Below, piece by piece: positions 9,678-19,786 of a DNA stretch of 64,000 nucleotides. The DNA is taken from assembly GCA_041751015.1 (NCBI GenBank), contig JBGSYF010000024.1, forward strand, positions 53,665 through 117,664, in the 5' to 3' direction. The notes under the pieces were generated by a model, which worked only from the letters and a program-made list of their open reading frames with translations, was not told the origin of the DNA and did not search any database. Position 1 is the first letter of the stretch. Every line of letters starts with the position of its first letter. This DNA is from Chitinophagales bacterium. GTDB lineage: Bacteria > Bacteroidota > Bacteroidia > Chitinophagales > BACL12. A program made the position numbers and the translations under genes.

Positions 9678-11351
9678 ATGTGTGGAATAGTGGCCGTCTT
9701 TACCCCGGACCGAAACGCAGAATCCCTTCGCGCTACGGTCCTGAACATGTCCAGAAGGATAAGGCATCGCGGGCCGGACTGGTCGGGCATTTACTGTGGA
9801 GAAAAGGTGCTCTTTGCCCATGAGCGATTGGCCATAGTCGATCCGCTTTCCGGCGGACAGCCCCTCTATGGGCACGAAGGGGAGTGCATACTGGCCGTGA
9901 ACGGGGAGATCTACAACCATATGGAGATCCGCGCCCGCTACCCCGACTATCCCTTTAGCACCCACTCGGACTGTGAGGTCATCTTGGCCATGTACCGGGA
10001 GAAAGGCCCTGCACTGCTCGGGGAGCTCAATGGAATGTTTGCTTTCGCCCTCTACGACAGTGATGCAGACGTGTTCTTTGTCGCCCGCGACCACATGGGC
10101 ATCATTCCGCTGTACATGGGTTGGGATGCTTCTGGCAATCTCTACTTTGCCTCTGAACTCAAAGCGCTGGAGGGCGTTTGCAATCAGTTGAAGGAATTTC
10201 CGCCCGGACACTACTGGCTTAGTTCTGAGAGTAAGGAGCCGGTGCTCTGGTACAATCGGGAATGGAAGGACTACGACGCGGTAAAAGACAACATTTCCAA
10301 TGGTATGGAATTGCGCGAAGCCCTGGAGCAGGCTGTTCACCGCCAATTGATGACCGATGTTCCCTATGGCGTGCTTCTGTCTGGCGGACTGGACTCCTCC
10401 ATCATCTCAGCGCTGACCAGAAAGTACTCGGCCAGACGCGTAGAGAGCCGCGATCAGCAACAGGCCTGGTACCCACAGGTGCACTCTTTTGCCATCGGTT
10501 TGACGGGCTCTCCGGATCTGGCCGCCGCGCGTGAGGTGGCCGATCACATCGGCACCGTCCACCACGAGGTCAATTTCACCATACAGGAAGCTATGGATGC
10601 CCTCAGAGATGTGATCTACCATCTCGAAACCTATGATGTGACCACTATACGCGCTTCGACGCCGATGTATCTGCTGGCGCGGGTGATTCGCTCTATGGGC
10701 ATCAAGATGGTTTTGTCGGGCGAAGGGGCGGACGAAATTTTTGGAGGCTATCTGTATTTCCACAAAGCGCCCGGTCCCCGCGAGTTTCACGAGGAATGTG
10801 TTCGCAAGCTGAGCAAGTTGCATCTCTACGATTGCCTCCGGGCCAATAAGGCGCTGTCGGCCTGGGGCGTGGAGGGAAGGGTTCCCTTTTTGGATATAGA
10901 ATTCATGGACCTGGCCATGAGGCTCAACCCGGGGGACAAGATGGCCGGGGGAGGCAAGATAGAGAAACATATATTACGGAAAACTTTTGAGGATCTGCTG
11001 CCGGAGAAGATCGCGTGGCGTCAAAAGGAGCAGTTTTCCGATGGTGTGGGCTACGGTTGGATCGATGCGCTCAAGGCGGAGGCCGAGCGGCAGGTCAGCG
11101 ATGAGCAACTGGAGCGGGCGGCTTTTCGATTTGCCGTCAATCCCCCGAGGAGCAAGGAGGAGTTTTGGTACCGCAGTATGTTCAGCGATCATTTTCCCTC
11201 GGATCAGGCCGCGGCTTGTGTGCCATCGGTCAAGTCGGTGGCCTGCAGTACAGCGGAGGCGCTCGCCTGGGACGCGTCTTTTCAGCAGCTCAATGATCCT
11301 TCTGGAAGGGCGGTGAGCACGGTGCACCAGCAGGGTTATACTCCGAAGTAG
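9678..11351 (+). CDS. asnB: Asparagine synthase (glutamine-hydrolysing)
   Basis: 557 aa starting MCGIV (N-terminal nucleophile Cys2). Contains the SGGLDSS PP-loop and has AsnB-like length and C-terminus. Confidence 0.95.
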   Translation: MCGIVAVFTPDRNAESLRATVLNMSRRIRHRGPDWSGIYCGEKVLFAHERLAIVDPLSGGQPLYGHEGECILAVNGEIYNHMEIRARYPDYPFSTHSDCEVILAMYREKGPALLGELNGMFAFALYDSDADVFFVARDHMGIIPLYMGWDASGNLYFASELKALEGVCNQLKEFPPGHYWLSSESKEPVLWYNREWKDYDAVKDNISNGMELREALEQAVHRQLMTDVPYGVLLSGGLDSSIISALTRKYSARRVESRDQQQAWYPQVHSFAIGLTGSPDLAAAREVADHIGTVHHEVNFTIQEAMDALRDVIYHLETYDVTTIRASTPMYLLARVIRSMGIKMVLSGEGADEIFGGYLYFHKAPGPREFHEECVRKLSKLHLYDCLRANKALSAWGVEGRVPFLDIEFMDLAMRLNPGDKMAGGGKIEKHILRKTFEDLLPEKIAWRQKEQFSDGVGYGWIDALKAEAERQVSDEQLERAAFRFAVNPPRSKEEFWYRSMFSDHFPSDQAAACVPSVKSVACSTAEALAWDASFQQLNDPSGRAVSTVHQQGYTPK

Positions 11352-11450
11352 AGGAGCACTGATTTGCCCGCTCTCAGAAGTTATGCACACGGAAAGGCTT
11401 TAGGAAGCAAGATCTGAGCTTTTGTCAGAGCCGGACCGACTTTCGCCCGA

Positions 11451-14108
11451 ATGAAAGCGTTGTGTGGGCTATGGTTGTTGCTGTGCGGTGTGGTGTTGCA
11501 AGCCCAGCTTTACGATGATTTTTCGGATGGGGATTTCACGCGGGATCCAGTCTGGCTTGGGGATAGCGCCTACTTTTTGGTCAGCGATGGGCAGTTGCAG
11601 AGCAACGGGCCCGCTAGTTCTTCGGCCATTTATCTGAGTACGGAGTTGCCTTCAGACCGGGTAGCGGAGTGGAGGATCAGGTTGCGGCTTCTGTTCGACC
11701 CGAGTTCCTCCAATTTTGTGCGGGTGTATCTGCTGACTGACGAACAGGATCCGCGGTTGAGTTCCCATGCGTACTATCTGCAGATCGGAGAGGCATCCGC
11801 CACGCTCTCGGATTCTATTGATCTGTACAGGGTCAATGACGGAACCTCGATTAAACTGTTGAGCAGTTCTTTTCCTTGTGTTTACTCAGGCAGCGAGAAT
11901 GTGATGGACCTAAAGGTTGTCCTGGGATCGGATGCAGAATGGCGGCTTTGGGCTGATTGTGGGGAAGCGGGATTTTACCGCGAGGCGGGTTCGGTGCCTG
12001 ACGCGCAGTACGACAGCCTGGATTGGCACAGCGCATGGTTTGGTGTTTATTGTCAATACAGCACCTCAAGCCGCTCGGACAAGTATTTCTTTGATCATGT
12101 TTACGCGGGTGATGAAGTGCTGGATTTGGAAGCCCCGGAGTGGCTGGATCTGCAGCTTGTCGGATCAAATGCACTCAGTCTTTTGTTTTCCGAGCCCCTG
12201 GATTTGGAGAGCGCTACGGATCCGACTAACTACTTTGCCGATCAGGGCTTGGGCGAGCCGCTGATTGCTCAGGCCGATGCGCTGAACCCCGCGAGCGTTG
12301 AATTGCTTTTTGAGTCAGACTTTGGCAGTGGACTGGAGTATTCGTTGCGGGTCTCGGGCATTTCCGATCTGGCGGGAAACACCATGGAAGAAGAACAGCG
12401 CAGCTTTCGGTACTATGCTGTTCAGCCCTATGACCTGATCGTCACAGAGTTTATGGCCGATGAAACGCCTTCCGGGGGTGTACTGCCCCTCAGCGAGTAT
12501 GTGGAGATCTACAATCGAAGCACGGAACAACTGAACCTGGAGGGCTGGACGCTGAGGGATAACTCAGTTAGCGGGATTGCTGTACTGCCTGCGGCTGCTA
12601 TTGCCCCTGGATCGTATATGATTTTGTGTCCATCAAGCAGTGTGGGTGACTTTGAGCCCTTTGGGGCTGTGCTCGGATTGAGTGGATTTCCGTTGCTCAA
12701 CAATGGTGGAGACCGCATTGAATTGAGAACTCCGGAGGGCTTGATGACACATAGCCTGGACTATACCGATGCCTGGTACAAGGATGGATTCAAGAAGGAT
12801 GGGGGCTGGTCGCTGGAGATGATCGACATTGAGCGTCCCTGGCTGGGATCCTGCAACTGGAAGGCCTCTGCAGCGACAGCTCAGGGTACGCCGGCGGCTC
12901 CCAATAGCGTCAGCGGAGATTTTCAGGACGATCAGGCTCCACTGCTGAGCGGGGCTGCTCTTGTCGATGAACTCACATTGCGGGTGTTGTTCAGCGAGTC
13001 CATGGATTCGCTTTCCTTGACCGATACGCAACAGTATTGGATTGAGCCCTGGGGTTTAAGACCTCTTGAGCTCATGCCGGAGGGTCCGGACTTTCATTCG
13101 CTGCGCCTGATGTTGCCGGATCTGGTTCAGCCGGGGGTGGTCTACAGCCTGCTGGTTAGGACCGGACGGGATTGCGCGGGTTTGCCCCTGGCTGAAGACA
13201 GCAGGGTCGATTTTGGGCTGCCACAGATCCCGGACAGTCTGGATTTGATCATCAATGAAATTCTCTATGATCCCAAAACCGGTGGAACGGACTATGTGGA
13301 ATTGTACAATCGCTCCGACAAGATTGTGGACCTGTTTGGAGTCTTTGTTGTGGAGGAGGACTTTGAGCAGATCGGGCAGATTATTGATGCTGCGAGGGTT
13401 TCAGAGGATGCCCGCATGATCTTTCCGGGCGCCTATGCCGCGCTGAGCGACAATTCAGAGCTGGTGCTTCAGCAATTCTGGAATGCCGATCCGGCTTCGT
13501 TCATTCGGGTGAGCGGAATGCCTTCCTGGCCAGACGCAGACAAGGAGGGCATCGTGCGCCTGGAGCACCGCAGTGCGGAGGGCATCAGGGTGCTGGATCG
13601 GGTGCACTACCACCGCGACTGGCACCACCCCCTCCTGGATAATCAGGAGGGCACTTCCCTGGAGCGCATCAGCCCCGAAGGACCTTCGCAGGATGCTCAG
13701 AACTGGCTGTCTGCGGCGCAGAGCGCGGGCTCTGGCACCCCAGGCCTGCCCAATTCAGCCTTTCGACAGTTTCAGCCAAGCCTTCCCGGGCAACTGGTGC
13801 TGGAGCCGGAGATTTTTTCGCCCGATTTGGATGGACAAGATGACTTTTTGCTGATTCGCTATGCGATGAACGAAGCGGGATATCTGGGCAGCGTTCGCGT
13901 GTTTGACAGCCGGGGAGCTCCTGTGCGAATGTTGGTTAACAACATCAGCCTTGGCCTGCAAGGACAGTTTGTTTGGGACGGAACTAATGATGTCGGAGAA
14001 AGAGCGGGGATTGGCATTTACCTCATCTGGCTGGAGGCGCACCACCCATCTGGTCTGAGGCATTGCTGGGTTGAAAAAGCGGTATTGGCCCTTCCTCTAA
14101 GTCCTTAG
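11451..14108 (+). CDS. Secreted lamin-tail-domain (LTD) protein
   Basis: Signal peptide MKALCGLWLLLCGVVLQAQ. Two LTD signatures are present (IVTEFMADE...EYVEIYNRS and LIINEILYDPKTGGTDYVELYNRS). The C-terminus FSPDLDGQDDFLLIRY...VWDGTND...GIYLIWLEA resembles type B T9SS / FlgD-Ig-like sorting domains. Confidence 0.75.
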   Translation: MKALCGLWLLLCGVVLQAQLYDDFSDGDFTRDPVWLGDSAYFLVSDGQLQSNGPASSSAIYLSTELPSDRVAEWRIRLRLLFDPSSSNFVRVYLLTDEQDPRLSSHAYYLQIGEASATLSDSIDLYRVNDGTSIKLLSSSFPCVYSGSENVMDLKVVLGSDAEWRLWADCGEAGFYREAGSVPDAQYDSLDWHSAWFGVYCQYSTSSRSDKYFFDHVYAGDEVLDLEAPEWLDLQLVGSNALSLLFSEPLDLESATDPTNYFADQGLGEPLIAQADALNPASVELLFESDFGSGLEYSLRVSGISDLAGNTMEEEQRSFRYYAVQPYDLIVTEFMADETPSGGVLPLSEYVEIYNRSTEQLNLEGWTLRDNSVSGIAVLPAAAIAPGSYMILCPSSSVGDFEPFGAVLGLSGFPLLNNGGDRIELRTPEGLMTHSLDYTDAWYKDGFKKDGGWSLEMIDIERPWLGSCNWKASAATAQGTPAAPNSVSGDFQDDQAPLLSGAALVDELTLRVLFSESMDSLSLTDTQQYWIEPWGLRPLELMPEGPDFHSLRLMLPDLVQPGVVYSLLVRTGRDCAGLPLAEDSRVDFGLPQIPDSLDLIINEILYDPKTGGTDYVELYNRSDKIVDLFGVFVVEEDFEQIGQIIDAARVSEDARMIFPGAYAALSDNSELVLQQFWNADPASFIRVSGMPSWPDADKEGIVRLEHRSAEGIRVLDRVHYHRDWHHPLLDNQEGTSLERISPEGPSQDAQNWLSAAQSAGSGTPGLPNSAFRQFQPSLPGQLVLEPEIFSPDLDGQDDFLLIRYAMNEAGYLGSVRVFDSRGAPVRMLVNNISLGLQGQFVWDGTNDVGERAGIGIYLIWLEAHHPSGLRHCWVEKAVLALPLSP

Positions 14109-14128
14109 TGCAAACGCAGGATAGAGGA

Positions 14129-15427
14129 TCATCTAATCAGTACAACTTTCTTGGTGCTTGAGGAATGGTAGGAGTCAACTTTGAAAAGATACACGCCTTC
14201 CGGTAAACTCTCCGGCAGATTGAAGGTAGTGCTGGAGTTGATATCAAACCCAAATGGAACAAACAGATCATACACTTCTTTGCCGGCATGATTGAAAACC
14301 CTGACTTGCATTCCTCCGCCCTCCGCGTTAGAACACGAAAGGGTTAGTCCCGTCCCATCTGTGGGGTTGGGATAGAGATGGTAATGGAAACTGGATTCCC
14401 GATTGATCTGAACGGAGACAATCTTAGAGTAGGAGTTTTTTCCGTCCAGGTCAGTTTGCATCAACCTGTAGTAAGATACTCCCGACCAAGGCTGAGGATC
14501 TACTATGGAATACTCCAATCGCACACCGCTTTGGACCGCCCCGGGAACCTTCTGTACAGTTTCAAACACAAGACCATTCTGACTCCTGGCAACGGTGAAA
14601 AAATCGTTGTTGATCTCGGTCTCGGTAACCCAGTTGACCCGGACCTTTGAACCTTCGGGTATTGCCGTAAAAGAGAGCAGGCTAATGGGCAATGGGCTGG
14701 ATTGATCAACCATGGTCCACCATGAAAAGAGTTCGCTTTGATCCAGAGAGGCAAGCGTTACCGTGTTATCCGTTGTGTTGACCGTCCCCGTGGGTGGATA
14801 TCCTCCCCATTCCATAGCGATGTCGTCAAATCGCTGCATCTTGAGATTTCCTTCCGTGATGGAGTTTCCTGAAGCCGAATGTTCGCTGTCCAGGTAGGTG
14901 AATTCCACATTGGACAATGTTGGTTTTGTGGAATACTCTTTTGCGGCCATCTGCCAGAAGCGATCGATCACAAATGCTGAATTATCAACCCCAAACTCGT
15001 CATCCACCTGAGTAATCCCCGCCGGAAGCAAACTGCTGTTGTTCCAAGGGGTAGGATAGGTAGAGAAGTTGAAGTAGCCCTCTCCCACTGCAGCCGCGGT
15101 GGAAAATGACAATGGAAAGTAGTCGTTGTTGTTTCCGAGGGGGACGACATAGTCAGCAGCCTCTGTGCCTATGTTCCATCGGATGATGTTGTTTTCGCCC
15201 TCGCTGATGATGTGACCATCAATCCGGGTAATGGCATCAGGGCTGGAATTCTCAACGACCAGTTGAGCACCTTCAGCAATGATTAGGTATGCGCCATTCA
15301 GGATGATTCTGCTGTCCGGGGCGGCGTTAAGGCCGGAAACCAGGAACATAGCCCCCAAAGCAATAGAGTACTTTATGAGATGCACGCACATAGTATGATG
15401 AATCCGGAATAATAATTTATTATTCAT
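14129..15427 (-). CDS. Secreted hypothetical protein with T9SS C-terminal sorting domain (low-GC island gene 2)
   Basis: C-terminus LYPNPTDGTGLTLSC...VRVFNHAGKEVYD...LPEGVYLFKV...KKVVLIR is a type A T9SS CTD. Signal peptide HLIKYSIALGAMFLVSGLNA. The start is uncertain: ATG 15427 or 15391, and the track start 15499 is a TTG. Confidence 0.7.
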   Translation of the reverse strand: MNNKLLFRIHHTMCVHLIKYSIALGAMFLVSGLNAAPDSRIILNGAYLIIAEGAQLVVENSSPDAITRIDGHIISEGENNIIRWNIGTEAADYVVPLGNNNDYFPLSFSTAAAVGEGYFNFSTYPTPWNNSSLLPAGITQVDDEFGVDNSAFVIDRFWQMAAKEYSTKPTLSNVEFTYLDSEHSASGNSITEGNLKMQRFDDIAMEWGGYPPTGTVNTTDNTVTLASLDQSELFSWWTMVDQSSPLPISLLSFTAIPEGSKVRVNWVTETEINNDFFTVARSQNGLVFETVQKVPGAVQSGVRLEYSIVDPQPWSGVSYYRLMQTDLDGKNSYSKIVSVQINRESSFHYHLYPNPTDGTGLTLSCSNAEGGGMQVRVFNHAGKEVYDLFVPFGFDINSSTTFNLPESLPEGVYLFKVDSYHSSSTKKVVLIR

Positions 15428-15495
15428 TATATAAAATAAATTGTTGCAAAGATGACTTGTCTTTGCATTGGCCGCTTCAGACCATGTGCCGCAGA

Positions 15496-16932
15496 TCAAT
15501 ATTCACTCACTCTGAACTGCAAATCAGTAACCCTTAGCGAAGTAGTTCCAGAATTGCTCTCGATGAACACCTCTATATAGTCATTGGTGGATAAAGTCAC
15601 TTCTGATTCCAGCACAATCTGGAAACCCTGGTTATTGGTCATTGGGCCCAAGGAAGAGGTTGGTGAAGAGATAACTGTACCATTCTTGGCAAATACTATG
15701 GTATAATCTGAGCCATTAGTTGGTGCTCTACCACCAACGACACCGAAGACCCTGAATTCCGTATCGGACTTGCCTGTATAGGTAAATCGGTTGCTGGAGG
15801 CTGAGAATTTCTTGCCGGTTACCAGGGTAGTGGTTCCCAGGATCTTTGTGTAGGTCCCTACCCCGGGGAATGATGTCTCCGTGGAGTTGCCATCCATATA
15901 GGCATAGGCAAAGCCCCTTGTATTGGGGATTTCGGTATTCTGCTGCATTTCCCATCCATAGCTGTAGGAATCAAAACCATCCAGTTCATTGGCTACTCCA
16001 CGAAACATATTGGTGGTCATTCTAGCGTTCTCAATGCTGGCACCGACATTCACCTTTACACCGGATTGACCGGTATAGATAAAATAGTTATTGGAAAGAT
16101 CGATGTCATCTATGGACAATGAGGACAGGAATTCTATCCCACTTCCAGCGCTGATGCCGGTAATGAAGTTGTAAGCCGAAGCGAACTTTCCCATGTTTCC
16201 AGTGATCTTGACCCCATCCTTACAGTTCCAGTAGTTCTTCATGATCGTAGTGGCTTTAAAGCCACTGATCTGCCCAACGCCCAGACTGGGGATACCGATT
16301 TCCACCACGGAACAGCCGGAGAACAGGTTGCAGAACATGTTTCCTGTGGCATCCGAAAAGTCATAGGCTTTTGTTCCAGCGCTGGCGGGGATGACGGCAA
16401 GGTTTTCAATGAACACACTGACATCTGAACTCCTGAGAACAGCCCCGGAAACGGTTGACATGACACCATCCTTGCCGGGATCAGTGCCCCGCAATCCGGC
16501 GCCATTCAAGTTTAGATAGTTGGGCGAAATATTTACAAACCCCGAGAATATATACATCTTGCTGGCATCCAATGTAATGGCGCCTCCAACAGGTGGGGGC
16601 AGGTCGGAGAGGGAAGTTACGTTGACCAGATTTGAACCGGCCAGGGCAAATGCCAGGGACTCCCATACTGCACCTGCATAGACTTCAAGGGTATTGGTGG
16701 TCAGGTTGAAGACCTGCAAGCCTATCGGGGGTGAAGCTATGGCATCGCGTTGTGCCGTAGTCATCCGGGGTATGAGCAAACCGCTGGTCGTCGAAGAGAC
16801 ATCCAACATCGCTGCGGGATCAGGCAGGGCTCCATCGGCATTGATGCCAATGTTTTGGGCGATTAGGTTGCTGAAAAAGAAAACAGGAAGAAAGAATGCA
16901 GTCTTTAAGATCAAAGGGCATTTGAAGGTCAT
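15496..16932 (-). CDS. Secreted hypothetical protein (low-GC island gene 1), possibly beta-helix-rich
   Basis: Signal peptide MTFKCPLILKTAFFLPVFFFSNLIAQ. The N-terminal motif is NIGINADGALPDPAAMLDVSSTTSGLLIPRMTTAQRDAI...GLQVFNLTTNTLEVY, which I recall from uncharacterised Bacteroidota surface proteins. The remainder is G/S/N/T-rich and repetitive. Function unknown. Confidence 0.65.
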   Translation of the reverse strand: MTFKCPLILKTAFFLPVFFFSNLIAQNIGINADGALPDPAAMLDVSSTTSGLLIPRMTTAQRDAIASPPIGLQVFNLTTNTLEVYAGAVWESLAFALAGSNLVNVTSLSDLPPPVGGAITLDASKMYIFSGFVNISPNYLNLNGAGLRGTDPGKDGVMSTVSGAVLRSSDVSVFIENLAVIPASAGTKAYDFSDATGNMFCNLFSGCSVVEIGIPSLGVGQISGFKATTIMKNYWNCKDGVKITGNMGKFASAYNFITGISAGSGIEFLSSLSIDDIDLSNNYFIYTGQSGVKVNVGASIENARMTTNMFRGVANELDGFDSYSYGWEMQQNTEIPNTRGFAYAYMDGNSTETSFPGVGTYTKILGTTTLVTGKKFSASSNRFTYTGKSDTEFRVFGVVGGRAPTNGSDYTIVFAKNGTVISSPTSSLGPMTNNQGFQIVLESEVTLSTNDYIEVFIESNSGTTSLRVTDLQFRVSEY

Positions 16933-17812
16933 TTCCAGGTTTGAAAGAGTGTTCTAAATGTGAAAAGGGTCAGTGAAAATTTTTTGATTCTGAATTACCA
17001 GCGAATTTACCATAACATAAATTATACTACGGAGCCGGTCTCTTGGAGGTTCCCCTTTTTCCCGGTAAACTAATTGTTGATGAGACGCATGAATACTAAG
17101 CTCTTTAGCTTCACAAGGCAAGTTATCCACAAAATCTGGCCGTAACTAAACCTATGGTCTAATGCATCACATGGGGGCTGTAACGCAAGGCAATAGAGAA
17201 GGTTACCGAAATTTTGGACTGCGGGTATGCCAGTTGCGAAGGACCTCGTGTCTTTTGACAAACGGAAGGAAGACATTGATAGACAGCGGGCTCTTGCCGG
17301 GAACCTGGAAAGGTCAGTTTAGTTGATAAAATCGGGATACCAGAGGCTGTCTGGACGATCCATAATTGGACAATTTTCAGAAATCTCTACTGCCGCATAT
17401 TTAAAACGCTCTATGTATGCCTTTTGATAAAAGGAGAATCATCGCAGAGTGGGCAGCGCGGAGGGGCTGCTAAGGCTATTAGACTGGGCGAGCATCTAAA
17501 CGCAGCGAATGAAGTCCTGGGACCAAGGGCCTCTTATGGGCGAAAATCGCGCTATTGGCCCCTCTTCTCAGCCCATTTCCCGGCCATTGCCCCTCCTGAG
17601 CGCTCAGCATATCGAAATAGCAAAGTTTAACATAGTCGGCCTTTAACATTTTTTAACGCAAATCCGCACAGCTTGTCCGCGCAATCGCTGTTAACTTAGC
17701 CGTTCGCAACCGCCAGGGCGCCAATAGGATGGAAGCCCTGCTTCATCTGTATTGAAAAGCGTGCATTGACGGTACTATTTCGCCCCCATTCAGGACACAT
17801 AATCAAAGAACA

Positions 17813-18820
17813 ATGATGGAAGCAACGCTGAGCACCAGCGATATTCAGGCGCTCAATGAAGAGATCCACCAAAGGAGTGCCTTTGTCGATTTGCTCAACC
17901 TCGAAACGGGCAAGCAGATCATTGGGCAGCGCTACATGATGGAACGCCTCCTACTGGGCCTGCTCGCTGGCGGGCATATCCTGTTGGAAGGTGTGCCCGG
18001 CCTGGCCAAGACCCTGGCCATCAAATCACTGTCTTCCTGCATCAACGCCAATTTTAGCCGGATACAGTTTACCCCGGATCTATTGCCTGCAGACCTGGTC
18101 GGAACCCTGATCTACAACCAGCGAGACCACGAGTTCAGCGTAAAAAAGGGTCCGATCTTCGCCAACTTCATCCTGGCGGACGAGATCAACCGGGCTCCCG
18201 CCAAGGTGCAGAGCGCCCTGCTCGAGGCCATGCAAGAGCGGCAGGTCACCATCGGAGACCAAACCTTCAAGCTCAAGGAGCCCTTTTTGGTTTTGGCGAC
18301 CCAAAACCCGATTGAGCAGGAGGGAACCTACCCGCTGCCCGAAGCCCAGGTGGACCGCTTTATGCTCAAGGTGGTCATCACCTATCCGGCACGGGAGGAC
18401 GAGCGCATGATCATGCGCCAGAACACCGGTGCGGCCCAGGAGCAGATTCGCGCCGTTGTTCAGCCCGAAGAGGTGCTTTCGGCCCGCGAACTGGTTCGTC
18501 AGGTTTACATGGACGAGAAGATTGAACAGTATATACTGGATTTGGTGATCGCCACCCGCAAGCCGGCGGAGTTCAAGCTGGACAAACTCAGCCCCTTGAT
18601 GGCTTATGGAGGTTCGCCCCGAGCCAGCATCAACCTCGCCCTGGCTTCCAAGGCCTATGCCTTCATCAAGCGGCGCGGCTATGTGATACCGGAGGATGTC
18701 AGGGCCATTTGTGCGGATGTGCTGAGGCATCGCATAGGGCTGACCTATGAAGCCGAAGCGGAAAACATCGGCCCGGATGAGATCATCGCTGAAATCCTCA
18801 ATACCGTGGAGGTGCCTTGA
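17813..18820 (+). CDS. MoxR-family AAA+ ATPase
   Basis: Walker A GVPGLAKT, Walker B ILADEINRAP, sensor region QNPIEQEGTYPLPEAQVDRF. First gene of the Bat-type operon. Confidence 0.9.
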   Translation: MMEATLSTSDIQALNEEIHQRSAFVDLLNLETGKQIIGQRYMMERLLLGLLAGGHILLEGVPGLAKTLAIKSLSSCINANFSRIQFTPDLLPADLVGTLIYNQRDHEFSVKKGPIFANFILADEINRAPAKVQSALLEAMQERQVTIGDQTFKLKEPFLVLATQNPIEQEGTYPLPEAQVDRFMLKVVITYPAREDERMIMRQNTGAAQEQIRAVVQPEEVLSARELVRQVYMDEKIEQYILDLVIATRKPAEFKLDKLSPLMAYGGSPRASINLALASKAYAFIKRRGYVIPEDVRAICADVLRHRIGLTYEAEAENIGPDEIIAEILNTVEVP

Positions 18821-18876
18821 TGTACCCCCTTCCCGCAGGAAAATCATCAGGATCTGTTGGCCAAAGAGACCGGCAC

Positions 18877-19773
18877 ATGGATACGGCGGAGTTGCTCAAG
18901 AAAGTTCGCAGAATTGAGATCAAGACCAAGGGTCTGTCCAGCGATTTGTTCGCGGGAGAATACCATTCGGCCTTCAAGGGAAGGGGTATGTCCTTCAGCG
19001 AAGTGAGGGAGTACCAGTTGGGCGACGATATCCGCGCAATAGACTGGAATGTCACCGCTCGATTCAACCACCCCTTTGTCAAAGTCTTTGAGGAGGAGCG
19101 GGAGTTGACAGTGATGCTCTTGCTCGATCTGAGCCCCTCGGCGTTCTTTGGGAGCCGCGGTTCGAAAAAGAATCAACTCATTGCTGAGATCAGCGCGGTT
19201 TTGGCCTTTGCCGCGGTGAACAACAACGACAAGGTAGGCTGTGTACTGTTCAGCGACCGTGTCGAGCGCTTCATACCCCCAAAAAAGGGCAAGAGCCATA
19301 TCCTGCTCATCATTCGGGAGATCCTGGGTTTTGAGGGAAAGGGACAGGGAACCAACATCGGCGAGGCGCTTCGCTACTTCAACGGGGTGGTCAAGAAGCG
19401 CAGCATCGCCTTTTTGTTCAGTGACTTTCTGGACCAGGGTTACGAAACACCGCTGCGGATCGCCGCGCGCAAGCACGACCTGATTGGCGTGCATGTTCAG
19501 GATCAGCGGGAGCGCGAGCTGCCCGATGCGGGATTGTTGCGCGTGCGGGATGCCGAGAGCGGGCAGGAGCGCTGGGTGGACAGCTCCGACAAGCGTTTGA
19601 GAGAGAACTACACCCGAATCTATGATGAACACCAGGCTCGATTCTCCAAGATATTTCGCCAAACCGGCTCGGATGTTATTCATGTAGACAGTTCCATCCC
19701 CGATGAAAAGGTGCGGGAGCGTCGTTATCTGACCACCCTGCACAGTTTTTTCCGCCGCCGGGATTCGCGCTGA
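18877..19773 (+). CDS. DUF58 (vWA-like) protein, MoxR partner
   Basis: MDTAELLKKVRRIEIKTKGL...GEYHSAFKGRGMSFSEVREYQLGDDIRAIDWNVTARF is the canonical DUF58 N-terminus. An alternative ATG at 18820 overlaps the moxR stop. Confidence 0.85.
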   Translation: MDTAELLKKVRRIEIKTKGLSSDLFAGEYHSAFKGRGMSFSEVREYQLGDDIRAIDWNVTARFNHPFVKVFEEERELTVMLLLDLSPSAFFGSRGSKKNQLIAEISAVLAFAAVNNNDKVGCVLFSDRVERFIPPKKGKSHILLIIREILGFEGKGQGTNIGEALRYFNGVVKKRSIAFLFSDFLDQGYETPLRIAARKHDLIGVHVQDQRERELPDAGLLRVRDAESGQERWVDSSDKRLRENYTRIYDEHQARFSKIFRQTGSDVIHVDSSIPDEKVRERRYLTTLHSFFRRRDSR

Positions 19774-19786
19774 GTGCGAACAACTC

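Noticed and set aside
14110-17420. Low-GC island as an identifiable mobile element (IS, ICE, prophage)
   Set aside because: I found no transposase, integrase, recombinase, tRNA attachment site, inverted terminal repeats or flanking direct repeats. Only the compositional anomaly is supported, so it is reported as a finding and not as a mobile_element feature.
16933-17812. tRNA, tmRNA, RNase P RNA or SRP RNA in this and the other intergenic regions
   Set aside because: No T-loop (GTTCRAATC) in any intergenic region, no tmRNA tag-like reading frame, and no GAGGAAAGTCC-type RNase P motif. The GTTCGA strings present lie inside protein-coding genes.
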